A stretch of DNA of 64,000 nt. Origin: the human T2T-CHM13v2.0 reference genome, Homo sapiens. Positions 25,506 through 40,787 of the stretch are shown here, one piece after another. Within the stretch, counting starts at the first letter, position 1. Every line of letters begins with the position of its first letter. The position numbers and the translations under genes were made by a program. The stretch lies in the NCBI RefSeq assembly GCF_009914755.1, contig NC_060940.1. One strand, written 5' to 3'. The notes under the pieces were generated by a model. It had not been told where the DNA came from. It ran no database searches and was given only the letters and a program-made list of their open reading frames with translations.

Positions 25506-25817
25506 TCAGGAGGGTGTCTGCTTGGGCTCGGGGCTCTGCTGGGCCTCGGCGTTGTCCTTCTGGCCCTCCTCCTGCCGCTCAGGCTCCAGCAGCAGCAGCT
25601 TGCCCTGCACCGGCAGCTCTTCTTTCTCCTCCTCTTCCCCCTCCTCCTCCTCTTCCTCCTCTTCCTCGCCCGCTGATGACAAGGAGAAGTTATCCTGACT
25701 CACACAGGCCATGAGCTTTTTCATGGAGGATTCGTGGCCCCGGCCATGGCCCGTGCTGTGGCCTGGGCTGTGGCCTGGGCTCTGGCCTGTGTTGAGCTTG
25801 GCACAGCGGGAACCCAT
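25506..25817 (-). CDS. PRM3: Protamine 3, 103 aa, intronless, acidic
   Basis: MGSRCAKLNTGQSPGHSPGH... with poly-Glu tract; AATAAA at 25435-25440; located between TNP2 and PRM2. Confidence 0.97.
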   Translation of the reverse strand: MGSRCAKLNTGQSPGHSPGHSTGHGRGHESSMKKLMACVSQDNFSLSSAGEEEEEEEEEGEEEEKEELPVQGKLLLLEPERQEEGQKDNAEAQQSPEPKQTPS

Positions 25818-25891
25818 GGTCTACGTTGCCTGTCTCTCTGGGCAAGGAGGTGAGGCGGTGGGTGAAGGGGCTGCGAGTGGGGGCAGGATGC

Positions 25892-25899
25892 TGACATCA
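25892..25899. promoter_or_regulatory. CRE-like site upstream of PRM3
   Basis: TGACATCA (one mismatch to CRE) 75 nt upstream of the ATG; spermatid genes are typically CREM targets. Confidence 0.5.
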
Positions 25900-26643
25900 C
25901 AAAGGGAGCCCATCCCCACTTGGGAACCTGGGTCTGAGCCAACAGTTAACTCACACCTCAGCCACTGGCAGCTCCCAGCCCCCACAGGGGAGGTCTGCAA
26001 GGCTGAGCACTGGGGCCAGTTCGGATGCCACACCATAGTCCTCATTTGCCCTGGAGAAAGTTTCCCTTGTAGCTGGGATGGGAGTTAGGGATTGAATTTC
26101 TAGAAGCAGGAGGGGCACACACAGACTCCTCCCCACATCCCAGAAATCGCCAGCCAGAGAGAGCTGTCTCTGTTGAGTTTCTTGACTGTTAACCCTTGGA
26201 AATAAATCATCAAGCTGTGTGCTTAAAATGTATGCACTCTGTAAGCTCATAAAACTCAGGAACCCTTGGAACTCTTCCTTCGGGGGCCTGAAAGTGTGAA
26301 ATCTTCTTGAAAGGCAATGGCTCCTAAGCATTGTTTGTTTGTCCAAGGCATGGGAACAGGCCAGAAACCAAGCTGGGATGAACAAGGGGTTGCTTTGTCC
26401 CTGACTGATGCAAGATGGACACCACCAACCAGAGGCCACTCTACCCAGGTCAGGGTGGAGTGACATCCTCTTAAGTGTTTTGGGGCCACAGAGAAGACAT
26501 CATGGAGCTGCCCCTTGGCAAGGTTCCACATCTGTGCAGCACAATTTCAGCTTGGGGGGAGGGGGTTTAGGACTTTGTCTTTTATACATTGAAATGAGTC
26601 GTTTGTACACTGCAATGGTATTTTTTAAATATAAATTTTTTGA

Positions 26644-26950
26644 GGCCAGGCGTGGTGGCTCACACCTGTAATCCCAGCACTTTGGGAGGCGAGGCAGGCA
26701 GATCATCTGAGGTCAGAAGTTCGAGACCAGCCTGGCCAACATCGTGAAACCCTGTCTTTACTAAAAATACCAAAAAAAAAAAAAAAAAAAATTTGTTTAG
26801 CTCCTTCAGCTACTCAGGAGGTTAGGGAGGAGAATCAGTTGAACATAGGAGGTGCAGGTTGCAGTGAGCCAAGATCGCACCACTGCACACCGCCCCAGTG
26901 ACAAGAGCGAAACTCCGTCTGTTTTTTTTTTGTTGTTGTTGTTTTGTTTT
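26644..26950 (+). mobile_element. AluS with a T-rich instead of A-rich tail
   Basis: Plus-strand Alu ending AACTCCGTCT followed by G(T)10GTTGTT... Confidence 0.85.
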
Positions 26951-27935
26951 CAGAAACTCGTTGCTTCCTAAAGATTGGTCATTTCTGAGCACCAGAAATC
27001 CATTTGCCAACATATGGATTGGATCTTGCCAGTCTTATCCCCCCAGTCCTCAGTGGCTATGGTTGGCTAAGGTTGGCACTCTCCGAAGTGCCCCCTTCCT
27101 GATCCTGGAATTTATGATGTAAGGATTGTGAGATGGGGAGGTTATCTTGGGTTGTCCAGAAAGTCCCTCAGTGCAATCACAAGGGTCCTTGATTTCAGAC
27201 AGGAGGGAGGAGTGATGCAGCCACAGGCCGAGGAGAGCAGGCAACAAGGATCGGATTCTGCCTGGGTCTCCAGAGGCTTCAGCCAGCACAGGCCTCACAC
27301 AGCGCAGCCCATTACTCTGCATTCATCTACTCCTTGCCTTTTGCCGTCTCTGTGCTGACCAAGTTGTTGCTGGAGCATGCCAGACCTGTTTCCCACCTCG
27401 AAGCTGTGGCCTGCACTGAGCAGTGCCCCCACCTCTGCCCCCACCGTTTACACTTCCAACCACCCAACACTCAAGATGGGTTGTGTTTTTAAACTGTGGC
27501 ACACAGTAGGCATTTAAATATGGCCACAAGGTGCCTTGGCATCTTTGTGACTTAATTAGGACTCGATCTGTTCTAACCATTTTCTCCTTTCATGAGGTAG
27601 GATCAGGTTCTTCACTGGAGGGGGATCCAGACAGACTAATGTGGCCTTTGACACCATGGAAGGATGCACAATAGACAGGACAGCATCATAGGGTGGCCTC
27701 CCAGGCACAGTAACCCTCTCCTAGGTGTCCTGAGAGCATCAGAACTCCCGCCCTACCTGCCTCTGAGGAAGGGCTGCAGAGAAGCCTCTACCCGCCCTGG
27801 GCGTGAGGGAAGCCAGGTTTGTGTGATTCGTGCAAAGAAAACCCGACAGGCCAGCGAGTGTCTTGTCAAGCTTTATTGGGCAGGTGACTTTTGCTCATTT
27901 CACTCAGATCTTGTGGGCTTCTCGGCGGCAACTCA

Positions 27936-28100
27936 GGGCTTGAGCATTTGATGTAGGGGAGTTGCTATGGCCTCACTCGGTGTTTCTTGGGCAGGTGACT
28001 TTCTCTTAACTTCCAGCTGGGGGCTTGAGCATTTGATGTAGGGGAATTGCTATGGCCTCACTTGGTGTTTCGGGCGACTTTTTCTTAATTTCCAGCTGGG
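27936..28100. repeat. Tandem duplication (2 x about 80-85 bp) in the PRM2 3'UTR
   Basis: gggcttgagcatttgatgtagggga...ttccagctgg starts at 27936 and again at 28021. Confidence 0.9.
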
Positions 28101-28119
28101 GGTGAGGGGCCCAGGAAGC

Positions 28120-28590
28120 TTAGTGCCTTCTGCATGTTCTCTTCCTGGTTCTGCAGCCTTTTGGGAAAGAAAGTTCTGGTTGAGGGGGTCACCTAGGGAC
28201 TCTGGGTGGGGACGGGGGTTAGGGGGCTGGAGCTTTTGTCAGGTGGGGTGGGTCCCCGCCTCCCTCCTGTGCCTGGGGTGGTCAGGGACATGGAGGGCAA
28301 GGCGGGGGCGCAGGCAGACCTCTGCGATGCCTCCTCCGGTGCCTGCAGGAGCGTCTTTTGCGCCTTCTGCAGGAGCGATGCTGCCGCCTGTGGATCCGGT
28401 GCAGCCTCCTTCGAGAGCAGTGTCTGCGCCTATAGTGAGACTGGCCATGGGTCCTCTCGTAGACCTCGACGTGCTCCGGGCTCAGCCCTTGCTCCTCTTG
28501 GCCGTGGTGTCCTTGCTCTTGCCCATGCAACTGCTGCCTGTACACCTCGTGCGAGCGTTCGCTCAGGCTCCTCACGCGGTATCGGACCAT
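28120..28590 (-). CDS. PRM2: Protamine 2, 102 aa; join(28320-28590, 28120-28157)
   Basis: ATG 28588-28590 [17 protein letters not shown]...; Arg/His-rich; donor G|GTCTG at 28320/28319, acceptor AAAG| at 28158; exon 2 completes [12 protein letters not shown]; 271+38 = 309 nt; AATAAA 27872-27877. Confidence 0.98.
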
Positions 28591-28721
28591 GGTGTTGGGA
28601 GATCTGGTGGCTCCTGGGCTGAGGCTGCAGTGGGCCCTGGAGTAGGGGAGGAGGGCGGAGGCCTGCCCACCTGCCCTTGGTGTTACTGTTGGTCTGGTCT
28701 GCAAGGCTCCCCGGGAGCTTG

Positions 28722-28729
28722 TATATAAA
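28722..28729 (-). promoter_or_regulatory. PRM2 TATA box
   Basis: TTTATATA about 130 nt upstream of the ATG, with a GC box (GGGCGG) near 28756-28762. Confidence 0.75.
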
Positions 28730-29162
28730 GGGGGCGCCCACTATGACTCTGCGGCCCCGCCCAGTCCCCACCCTGCCCAGCCTCCTCTGTGAGGGCAGCA
28801 CAGGGCCAGGGGTCACAACTAGCAGGGCCCTGGCACCCAAGCTGCAGGGCTGGAAGGGCGAGAGACCCCCTTGCCTTGCCTGTAAAGCATGTCCTCTGTC
28901 TCTTGCAGTAGGTGAACCATACAGATGGCAGGTGTTTTATTGCCTAATCCAAGCCCTCATCTCCCCAAGCCGGTGGGTACGTACATTGTCATTTGGAAGC
29001 TTCCTTGCCAACTCACTGCTGTGCCACAGCCACCATGTGGAAGGGACTTCCGTGCTTGGATCTCTGTGCACACAGCTTACTGTTAAGATGGCAACAGCAG
29101 CAAACAGTTCCCTAATAGCTCCTATGTGCCAAGCATTGATTCATTTATTTCCCATACATTCA

Positions 29163-29200
<38 letters not shown>

Positions 29201-29805
29201 TGTTTTGAGGCACTGTCTGTCGCCCAGGCTGGAGTGCAGTTGTGCAATCATGGATCATAGCAGCCTCTACCCCTCCAGCTCAGATGATCCTGCCACCTCA
29301 GCCTCCCGAGTAGCTGGGACTATAGGCGTGTGCTGCCACTCCCAGCTAATTTTTTGTATTTTTTGTGGAGATAGATAGGGTTTCACCATGTTGCCCTGGC
29401 TGGTCTCACACTCCTGGCCTCAGTGAGCCTCCCATGTCGGCCTCCCAGAGTGCTGGGATTACAGGTGTGAGCCACCACCCTTGCATTCCTCACTCTTACA
29501 ATCCTCATTTTCTGTGGGGCAAACAGGCATGAAGAAGTTGAGTTGCTCAAGGCCACTCTGCTGAGAAGGCCAGGCCGGGCCAGCATTCAGACGGAGACAG
29601 CCTGGTTTTAGTCATACCCTTGGCTCTCCACCTCCCCCCTAGCCCAGGGAATGCTCCCCTCTCCGCTTCCAAAATATTCATCTTCTCCCCTCCCGCTCGG
29701 CCTTGCCGGGGCTTCTCATTGAACTTTGATGATCCCATTAAAGTCCGGGATCAGAATCACAGAAACTGCAAAACCAGTTTCCCTTTCATGGAGGGCAGGG
29801 AGAAT

Positions 29806-30216
29806 GTGGGAATGTGGCAGATACACAAATTTAAGGACTTGAAGATGCAGAGATCATCCCAGATGATCTGGGTTGGCCCAGTGCAGTCACGAGGGTCCTT
29901 AGAAGAGAGAATAGGGAGGCAGGAGGGTCACAGGAAGAGAAACTGGGAGACACCACACTGCTGGCTTTGAAGATGGAGGGAGAGGCTATAAGCCAAGGGA
30001 TGCAGGCGGCCTCTAGAAGCTGGGATGGACAAGGAAATGGGTTATCCTCCCCTCGTGCATCCAGGAGGAACACAGCCCTGCTGACCCCTTGATTTTAGCC
30101 CCATGAGACTTCTTTCAGAATTCTGACCTGCAGACCTGTAAGATAATGCATTTATGTTGTTTAAAGCTACAAAATTTGTGATGATCTGTCACAGTGGCAA
30201 TAAGAAACAAATTCAG
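29806..30216 (+). mobile_element. MLT1 (MaLR) LTR
   Basis: TGCTGGCTTTGAAGATGGAGG...CCTCTAGAAGCTGG...CTGTAAGATAAT motifs. Confidence 0.75.
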
Positions 30217-30439
30217 GAGGCTTAATCTTCAGATCCTTACAGGAGGTGATGGGTGATATTGCCATGCCCTTGGTGTTTCTATGCTGCCTCTCTTTAGGGA
30301 TAAGAAGGTCCTTTATGATGGCCCTCAAGCTCTTCGAGGGCGCGTGTTAAAAATATGAATGCTGAGGCCTTACCCTACGTCCCGCTAAGTCAAATCTCCA
30401 TGGCCAAAGCTTGCAGATGAAAATAAGAAGGGGCGGGGC

Positions 30440-31527
<1,088 letters not shown>

Positions 31528-32604
31528 GGAAGTGATGTATGCAGAATACCAGGCACACAGTTGGTGTCCCATAAACAGAAGTCATACTGTGACATTTCTG
31601 AGGTGCTTGGTGGGCCCTGTCACTTCAGGGAACTGGGTCTCAGAGCCTCTGGTCTCTGCCAAAATGCTCTGGGTTTGCTCTACCATCAGGAAACGACTGT
31701 GACCCAGGGCCTGTGTCAAGGAATCGGAGAGGTGGGCTTTCTTAGGCTGTGGGTGAGCCAAGGAGACCAGTGCCCAGCAGGACTTCTTATGTCCTTCCCC
31801 AGATCTCACTGGGGTCTTAAACTCTTGCCTTAGAAATTTTAGTATAGGTGGTATATCAAGCAGCTTGAGTGTGGACTTAGATCCGACCAGATGGACAAGT
31901 TAACCTTTGTTTCTTCGGTGGACATAACGTTGTGAAACCGTGCCCCAAAGAGTAAAGAAACCGGTGGTTAACAAAAATGTTTGAGTTTACAGGATGGCAG
32001 ATAAGAGACTTCCTTAATGGTGCTTGATTAAATGTGAAAAGTTCAGCTCCACTGCTACCTGGACAAGTTATCTCTGTACCCAAATGGGGATGAAAACTTC
32101 TGGCACAGAGTGAGGAATAAGCAGTTTTGAATTTAATTTTCCTGATGGTGACTGGCTTAATCTATTTAAGTTATAACCTAAGAGTTCCTTTGTTGAAGAG
32201 TGGAAATTTCAGCTTTGGGCTGAAATAAACCCGGGTGGGCAGCTAGGGGACAGGTCAGATGGGATGAGCTGGTTCAATCTTGAGCTCCAGCTGGTAAATG
32301 TTTAACTGGCTTTGGGGTTCCTGGGATGGAGGGAACCCAGATTTGTAGCATTTGCTGATTTCTGTAAATACTCCATGGTCCATTTCAAGCTGCCAAGATG
32401 AGGTCACCAAGCAGAGTGGGGAAATGTACACAGTGGGTCCTCAAACTCGAGAGACCTGGCTAGAGCACCCCACTGGGTAGGGATCTGTTAAGAGGGTTTA
32501 GGAGGCAGGTTCTGGTTGTGACTTGGGGAGACTGGTTCTTGTTGTATCTTAGGGAGGCAGGTTTGGGTTGTGACTTGTTGGTACTACTAAGAGTTTGGAA
32601 CAAT

Positions 32605-32932
<328 letters not shown>

Positions 32933-33068
32933 TCATGTCCCCCCCACCGACATCTTTCTCCCGTTGCATGCCCAGGCCCTCTCCCCCTCTGCTCATCCCC
33001 GAGCCCTCCTCCCCACTGAGCCTCCCCTCTCAAGAACAAGGAGAGAAGAGTGGGATGACTTTTCAACA

Positions 33069-33091
33069 TTTATTGACAGGCGGCATTGTTC
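33069..33091 (-). promoter_or_regulatory. PRM1 3'UTR translational control element abutting the distal poly(A) signal
   Basis: GAACAATGCCGCCTGTC-AATAAA, resembling the conserved Prm1 TCE as recalled; a second AATAAA at 33110-33115. Confidence 0.75.
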
Positions 33092-33206
33092 CTTAGCAGG
33101 CTCCTGATTTTTATTGGATGGTGGCATTTTCAAGATGTGGCAAGAGGATCTTGAAGTCTGGTAACATTCTCAGGCAGGAGTTTGGTGGATGTGCTATTTT
33201 GTGCAA

Positions 33207-33453
33207 TTAGTGTCTTCTACATCTCGGTCTGTACCTGGGGCGGCAGCACCCTGGTGAGACCAAGAAAAGTGGTGAGAGGAAGGCTGGGCCCTGAGAGCTC
33301 CCAGCCTCAGCCCCAGCCCACCCTCAGCTGGGCCCACTTACTCATGGCTCTCCTCCGTGTCTGGCAGCTCCGCCTCCTTCGTCTGCGACTTCTTTGTCTC
33401 TGGCGGTAATATCTGCTCCGGCTCTGGCTGCGACAGCATCTGTACCTGGCCAT
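33207..33453 (-). CDS. PRM1: Protamine 1, 51 aa; join(33342-33453, 33207-33250)
   Basis: Manual translation [51 protein letters not shown]; donor A|GTAAGT, acceptor CAG|, 91-nt intron; 112+44 = 156 nt. Confidence 0.99.
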
Positions 33454-33571
33454 GGTGCAGGATGGGCTTGGCCTGAATGCTCAGAGCAGGGCACCACCTT
33501 GGCTGAGCCAGCCAACCTGTGAGCAGGTGGAACTCTGTGGGCTGTGAGTCAGGGGCCAGCTCTGCGGCCTG

Positions 33572-33576
33572 TTATA
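33572..33576 (-). promoter_or_regulatory. PRM1 TATA box
   Basis: CTATAA about 120 nt upstream of the ATG. Confidence 0.7.
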
Positions 33577-33879
33577 GATGCCAGGGGGCCGTTGGTCATT
33601 GTGAGGGCAAAGGGGCTGGGACCTCACAAACCATGGCCAGGTGGCCTGCATCATGTCCATATATGGGCATTTGAGAGGCGGGCAGGCCCCCGAGTGTAGG
33701 GGCTGCCTATGTCACAGCTGGGGCGATACAAGATGACTCCTCCGTGGGAGCAATCATCTAGTTATTCAATTAACAAAATATTACTGTTAATATTTTGGCC
33801 TGTTCCATGCCGGATTTTGGCCTAGGCCCTGGTATATAGTGATAAACAAGACAGACATGCCCTTGTTAAGAAGTATTAT

Positions 33880-35116
33880 TATTATTATTTTATTTTTTTA
33901 ATTACTTATGTATTTTGTTTATTTTTTTGAGACAGAGTCTCATTCTGTCACCCAGGCTGGAGTGCAGTAGCACAATCTTGGCTCACTGCAACCTCTGCCT
34001 CCTGGGTTCAAGCAAACCTCTGGCCGCAGCCTCCCGAGTAGTTGGGACTACAGACATGCACCACCACACTCAACTAATTTTTGTATTTTTAGTAGAGATG
34101 GGGTTTCGCCATGTTGGCCAGGCTTGGTCTCGAACTCCTGACCTCAAGTGATCTGCCCGTCTCAGCCTCCCAAAGTGCTGGAATTACAGGCATGAGCCAC
34201 CGTGCCTGGCCATTATTATTATTTGTAGAGACGGGCTTTCCCTATGTTGCCCAGGCTGGTCTCAAACTCCTGACCTTGAGCAAATCTCCTGCCTCTGCCT
34301 CCCAAAGCACTGGGATTACAGATATGAGCCACCACACCCTGCCCCTAATAGACTTTATAATCTAACTACAGAAAGCATGAATGAAATAGCCCTGAAGAAT
34401 AATTGTAATAGTGACAAATGCTGATAATGGAAACCTCGGGTTTCTGAGGATATGTGCTGGGAGAACTTGACCTCAGGTGAGGCTCTAGGGAGAGCCCCAA
34501 AGGGGTGCTGGCGAAGTGAACCCTAAAGGATGCTATAGTAAGAGGAGGGAGGAGCACCTGGGAAGAAAGAGCTGCTCCTGCAACTGTTCTGAGGCGGTGC
34601 AGGATGTGCAGTTCTGTTTCTATGCAGGGCCAGGCAGCAGGGGATCCGTGGAGACAGAAAGTGATCGGGGTGACCAGGGCGGGTGGAGCAGGGAGCAGCT
34701 GTGCCATGGGTGGGGGGCTTCCTTGTGGGCTGATGCTTTGGAACTTGATAGAGGCGGTGGTTACACAACATTGTAACTGTACTAAATGCCACTGAATTAC
34801 ACGCTTTATTTATTTATTTAATTTTGAATGAACGAATGACAGGGTGTCGCTCTGTCGCTCAGGCTGGAGTGCAGCGGCGCAATCTTGGCTCACTGCAAAC
34901 TCCGCCTCCTGCTTCAAGCGATTCTCCTGCCTCAGCCTCCCAAGTAGCTGGGATTACAGACGCCCGCCACCACACCTGGCCAATTTTTGTATTTTTAGTA
35001 GAGATGGGGTTTCACCTTGTTGGTCAGGCTGGTCTCGAACTCCTGACCTCAAGTGATCTGCCCGCCTCAGCCTCCCAAAGTGCTGGGATTACAGGCATGA
35101 GCCACCACACCTGGCC
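33880..35116 (-). mobile_element. Antisense Alus upstream of PRM1 (AluS + monomer about 33880-34343; AluS about 34805-35116)
   Basis: Alu consensus on the minus strand. Confidence 0.9.
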
Positions 35117-36655
35117 TTGAATTACACACTTTAAAATGATGTATTTTATGTTACCTGACTTTCAGCTCAATTGCAAACACGAAAAGCTGTGAGGCCAAAA
35201 GGTGCTAACAGGTGTGAGGGATTGGAGCAGAGCATGGTGCAGGGCACTGGTCATGGTGTGGTCTTTTCCACAGCCCCATGGATTTTAAGGGTAAAGAGGG
35301 GAGCAGTTAGAATTGGTTTGGCTACTTAAACAGAAAACCGAAATGAGTGAGTTGGGTGGAAGTTTTATGTTTTTCTTAAGGAGTCAGAGGTGATTTCGGG
35401 GGTCATTAGATTGTCCCTGTTTGGGGGATACACATGCTGGAGGATTTAGGGGTGATGACATATGTTTGCCAACTACTCTCAAGGATTTACCCATAGAGAA
35501 AGAGGGAGAAGAAGGGAGAGAGAGGAGACAGAGATGGGGGCGGGGAGCTGAACAGATGTGACAGAACGTTCACAACTGGCCATGCCAGGCGCGGTGGCTC
35601 ACACCTGTAATCCAGCTCTTTGGAAAGATCGGCTGAGCCCAGGAGTTCGAGACCAGCCTCGGCAACATAGAGCCCATCTCTACAAAAATAAAAAAAAATA
35701 AAAAAGATTTTTTTGAAAAAACAATTGGCCAATCTGTGTAAAGGGGAGGTGTTTGTCAGGGGTTCTTGCAAGTTTTCTGAAATTTTGAAATTATTTCAAA
35801 ATAGATTATTAAATTTTTTTAAAAAGAACAAAAGAAAACCCAGGGAGGTCAGCCAGGGCTGGTGTGAGGCTCCATCCTTTTCAAGGGTCCAGGCTTTTGT
35901 CTTTTAGCTCTGCCTTCAGCAAGTGCTTTCCATCCACAAAGTTGCCTCATAGTCCAAGATCAGGGCTGCCAGGGATGGTTGTGCAGTTTGTGTCCTGCTC
36001 CAAGCTCCCTGCCAAAGGGATTGAGTAGGGACTGAAATCCAGCCTGTGGTCTACTTGCCACTCCAGGCCCTGTACTCAACAGGGAATGTTTCAGCCCATC
36101 GGAGCTGTCTTTTTCCTAATTTGCCTGCTCACAGCAGAAGTCTCTTCCAAATTTGAACAAAGGCACACTAAGGGCTAAACTTGGCCCTGCTGGAGTCCCA
36201 CCCATATCCACCGTGCAAGCAGGAAGGAGAAAGAGGAGGGGTGGCAAAGGGAGTTCTTGTCTCTTTTTTAGAGACAAGGTCTAGCTCTTTTGCCCAGGCC
36301 GGAGTGCAGTGGCGCAATCATAGCTCACAGCAGCCTCAATGGAATCCTCATGGTATAAAGAGCTTTCCCAGATGCCCTGTCCAGCAACTTCCCCTTCTGA
36401 TCACTGGCCTCCCTGCAAAAGCACACTGCCCCCTGGGGTAAAGCAGGGCTCCTAGAAAGGAGAAGGGGCTGATGGATACCAGGTAGACAGTTAGTACTCT
36501 CTTCCCCAAAGGGGATGGAGCCCACCCCTGACCCCAGCAAGATGGGGAAACCATGAATTTGAAGCTAAAGTCTATTGTCACTAAGAGGGATACAGTAGCA
36601 CATAGTAGGTTAGCAGTAACTTTTCATTAATTGATTCAGATCTAGATTGAGGTAA

Positions 36656-36835
<180 letters not shown>

Positions 36836-38785
36836 TGAGTAGCTGGGATTATAGGCATATGTCACCACGCGTGGCTAATTTTTGTATTTTTAGTAGAGAC
36901 GGGGTTTCACCATTTTGGCCAGGCTGGTCTCAAACTCTTGACCTCAAGTGATCCACCCACCTCAGCCTACCAAAGTGCTAGGATTACAGGCGTGAGCCAC
37001 CACACCCAGTCCAGGGTGACTATCAATCTTCGACATCTCATCAGGTTCCTCTGAGACCATGTGAGTTACCCTGTCTCTACTAAAAAGACAAAAATTAGCT
37101 GGGATGGTGGCACTTGCCTGTAATCCCATCTACTCAGGAGGCTGAGGCAGGAGAATCACTTGCTGGGGTTACAGGCATGAGCCACTTTGCCCAGCCACAG
37201 AGATTAGTTCTGAGTTCTGGGAAGAGGATGCCCTGGAGCTAGGCGGTGGGGACATTTGGCCTCGTCTGGGATCTTGAAGCCTTCAGTGGTCATCTGAAAT
37301 TTTGGGTTTGTCACAGCAGCTGGCTGTTACTCTAATACAGTACTTGCCACTCACTGATACTGTGTTTATAATTTGTCTCCCCAAGTGGGATGGAAGTTCA
37401 GTGAGACTTTCTTTTGTTCAGTGTGACAATCCTAATACTGAGAATAACCTGAACTAAAAGGAACTGAAATATTTGTTGAATGAATAAGTGAATGGCAAAT
37501 GGATGCTTTGTATGATAGGATTCTTTTCTTGGCTTTTTCCAAATCTAAAATTGTGTTATCATGATTTTTAAAACGACGTTTAGCTTCTCCCTGCCAGCCA
37601 CCCCACTTCTGTTGGGTATTGTCCTTGGCACTGGCGATTAGAAATCACCAAGACTCCTGCCAGTTAAACACATGCTGAGTCTCATAAGGGGACATCCAAT
37701 ACTGTTCCCTGAGGTCCTAATTGGGCAGCCACATGGCTTGTCCCTCTGCCGACCCCCACGTCTGTGTTGTCACAGTGGCCTCTCACCCCCGCCCTGTTCA
37801 AGGAAAGACATCACCAAAGGAGGAAGGCAGGGGTAGGGGATATGTGCCCTGCTGTGCCACTGGGAGGGGTGAATGCAGGCAGTTCATTCCCAGAATAATG
37901 AAAGGATAATTTAGCAGTAAGATGACAGTGTTTTAAATGTGCCATCATAGCCACAATTCCATAGTCAGGGATTTATCCCAAAGAAATTCTCCTGCGTGTT
38001 CATACAGGTGTGAGATGGAGGGTGTTCATTAAAGCATTGTTTGTGGGGGAAAATTAGAAATCGCTTAATGTTCATCTTAAGGAAATGGTAAATCAGTTGT
38101 TTCACCCATGTTGTGGAATAGCTCACAAGCATTCAGAACCCTGGAGAGTGATGTGATGTGGACTGATATGGAAGGAGGTCTATGCTATATCGAAACTGAG
38201 TGAGTTGCCAAAATGTAGGGTGTCATCCCATGTTTGTAAAAAGATTAGAAATTAACACTCACATACACAGAGGAAAAAGTCTAGAATGTGATACATTGAC
38301 CTGACAGTGGGAGGTGGAATAATGGAAGGCTTCACTTTCTACTTTATTCATTTCTGTATTTTGGGGGGATTTTTCACTGTAAGGGTATGTTGAATGAGTT
38401 ATTTCCATGAACAGAAAGAAAACAATGTCTGTAATCCTAGCACTTTAGGAGGCCAAGGTGGGTGGGTCGCTTGAGCCCAGGAGTTCAAGACCAGCTCAGG
38501 CAACATGGTGAAATTCCCTCTCTACAAATTATACAAAAATTAGCTGGATATGGTGATATGCACCTGTAGTTCCAGCTATGCTGGTGGGAGGACCACCTGA
38601 GCCCAAGGAGGCTGAGGCTGCAGTGAGTCGTCATCCCGTCACTGCATTCCAGCCTGGGCAACAGAGTAAGACCCTGTCTCAAGAAAAGAAAAGAGGCCGG
38701 GCGTGGTGGCTCACACCTGTAATCCCAGCGCTTTGGGAGGCCGAGGCAGGCAGATCACGAGATCAGGAGATCGAGACCACGGTTA

Positions 38786-39058
<273 letters not shown>

Positions 39059-39361
39059 TCACTGGGGCACATTTGTCACAATTAAAACACCAACTTTGGC
39101 ACATTAGTACTTACCAAGCAAGCTCTAGATTTTATTTGAATTTCACCAGCTTTTCTACTAATGCTCATTTTCTGTTCCAAGATCCAGTTCAGGGTGCCAT
39201 ACCCACTTTCTGCTACTATTAACATCTTATGTGAGGATAGTGCATTTCACAATTCTTTAACCAGTAGTGGTGCATTATTATTAACCAAAGTCTATACTTT
39301 CCTCAGATTGCTTTAGTTTTTCCTCAATGTTTTCCTGTTCCAGGATCCCGTCTCCCTTTAG

Positions 39362-40640
<1,279 letters not shown>

Positions 40641-40664
40641 TTTTGTAGAGTGTCACTCAATTGA

Positions 40665-40787
<123 letters not shown>

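Noticed and set aside
28102-29378. Plus-strand 208-aa and 233-aa ORFs over PRM2 and its promoter
   Set aside because: Antisense shadow; the second ends in Alu sequence
33760-33930. AT-rich stretch as the protamine-domain matrix attachment region
   Set aside because: MARs are reported to flank the domain but cannot be placed from sequence alone; much of this is an Alu tail
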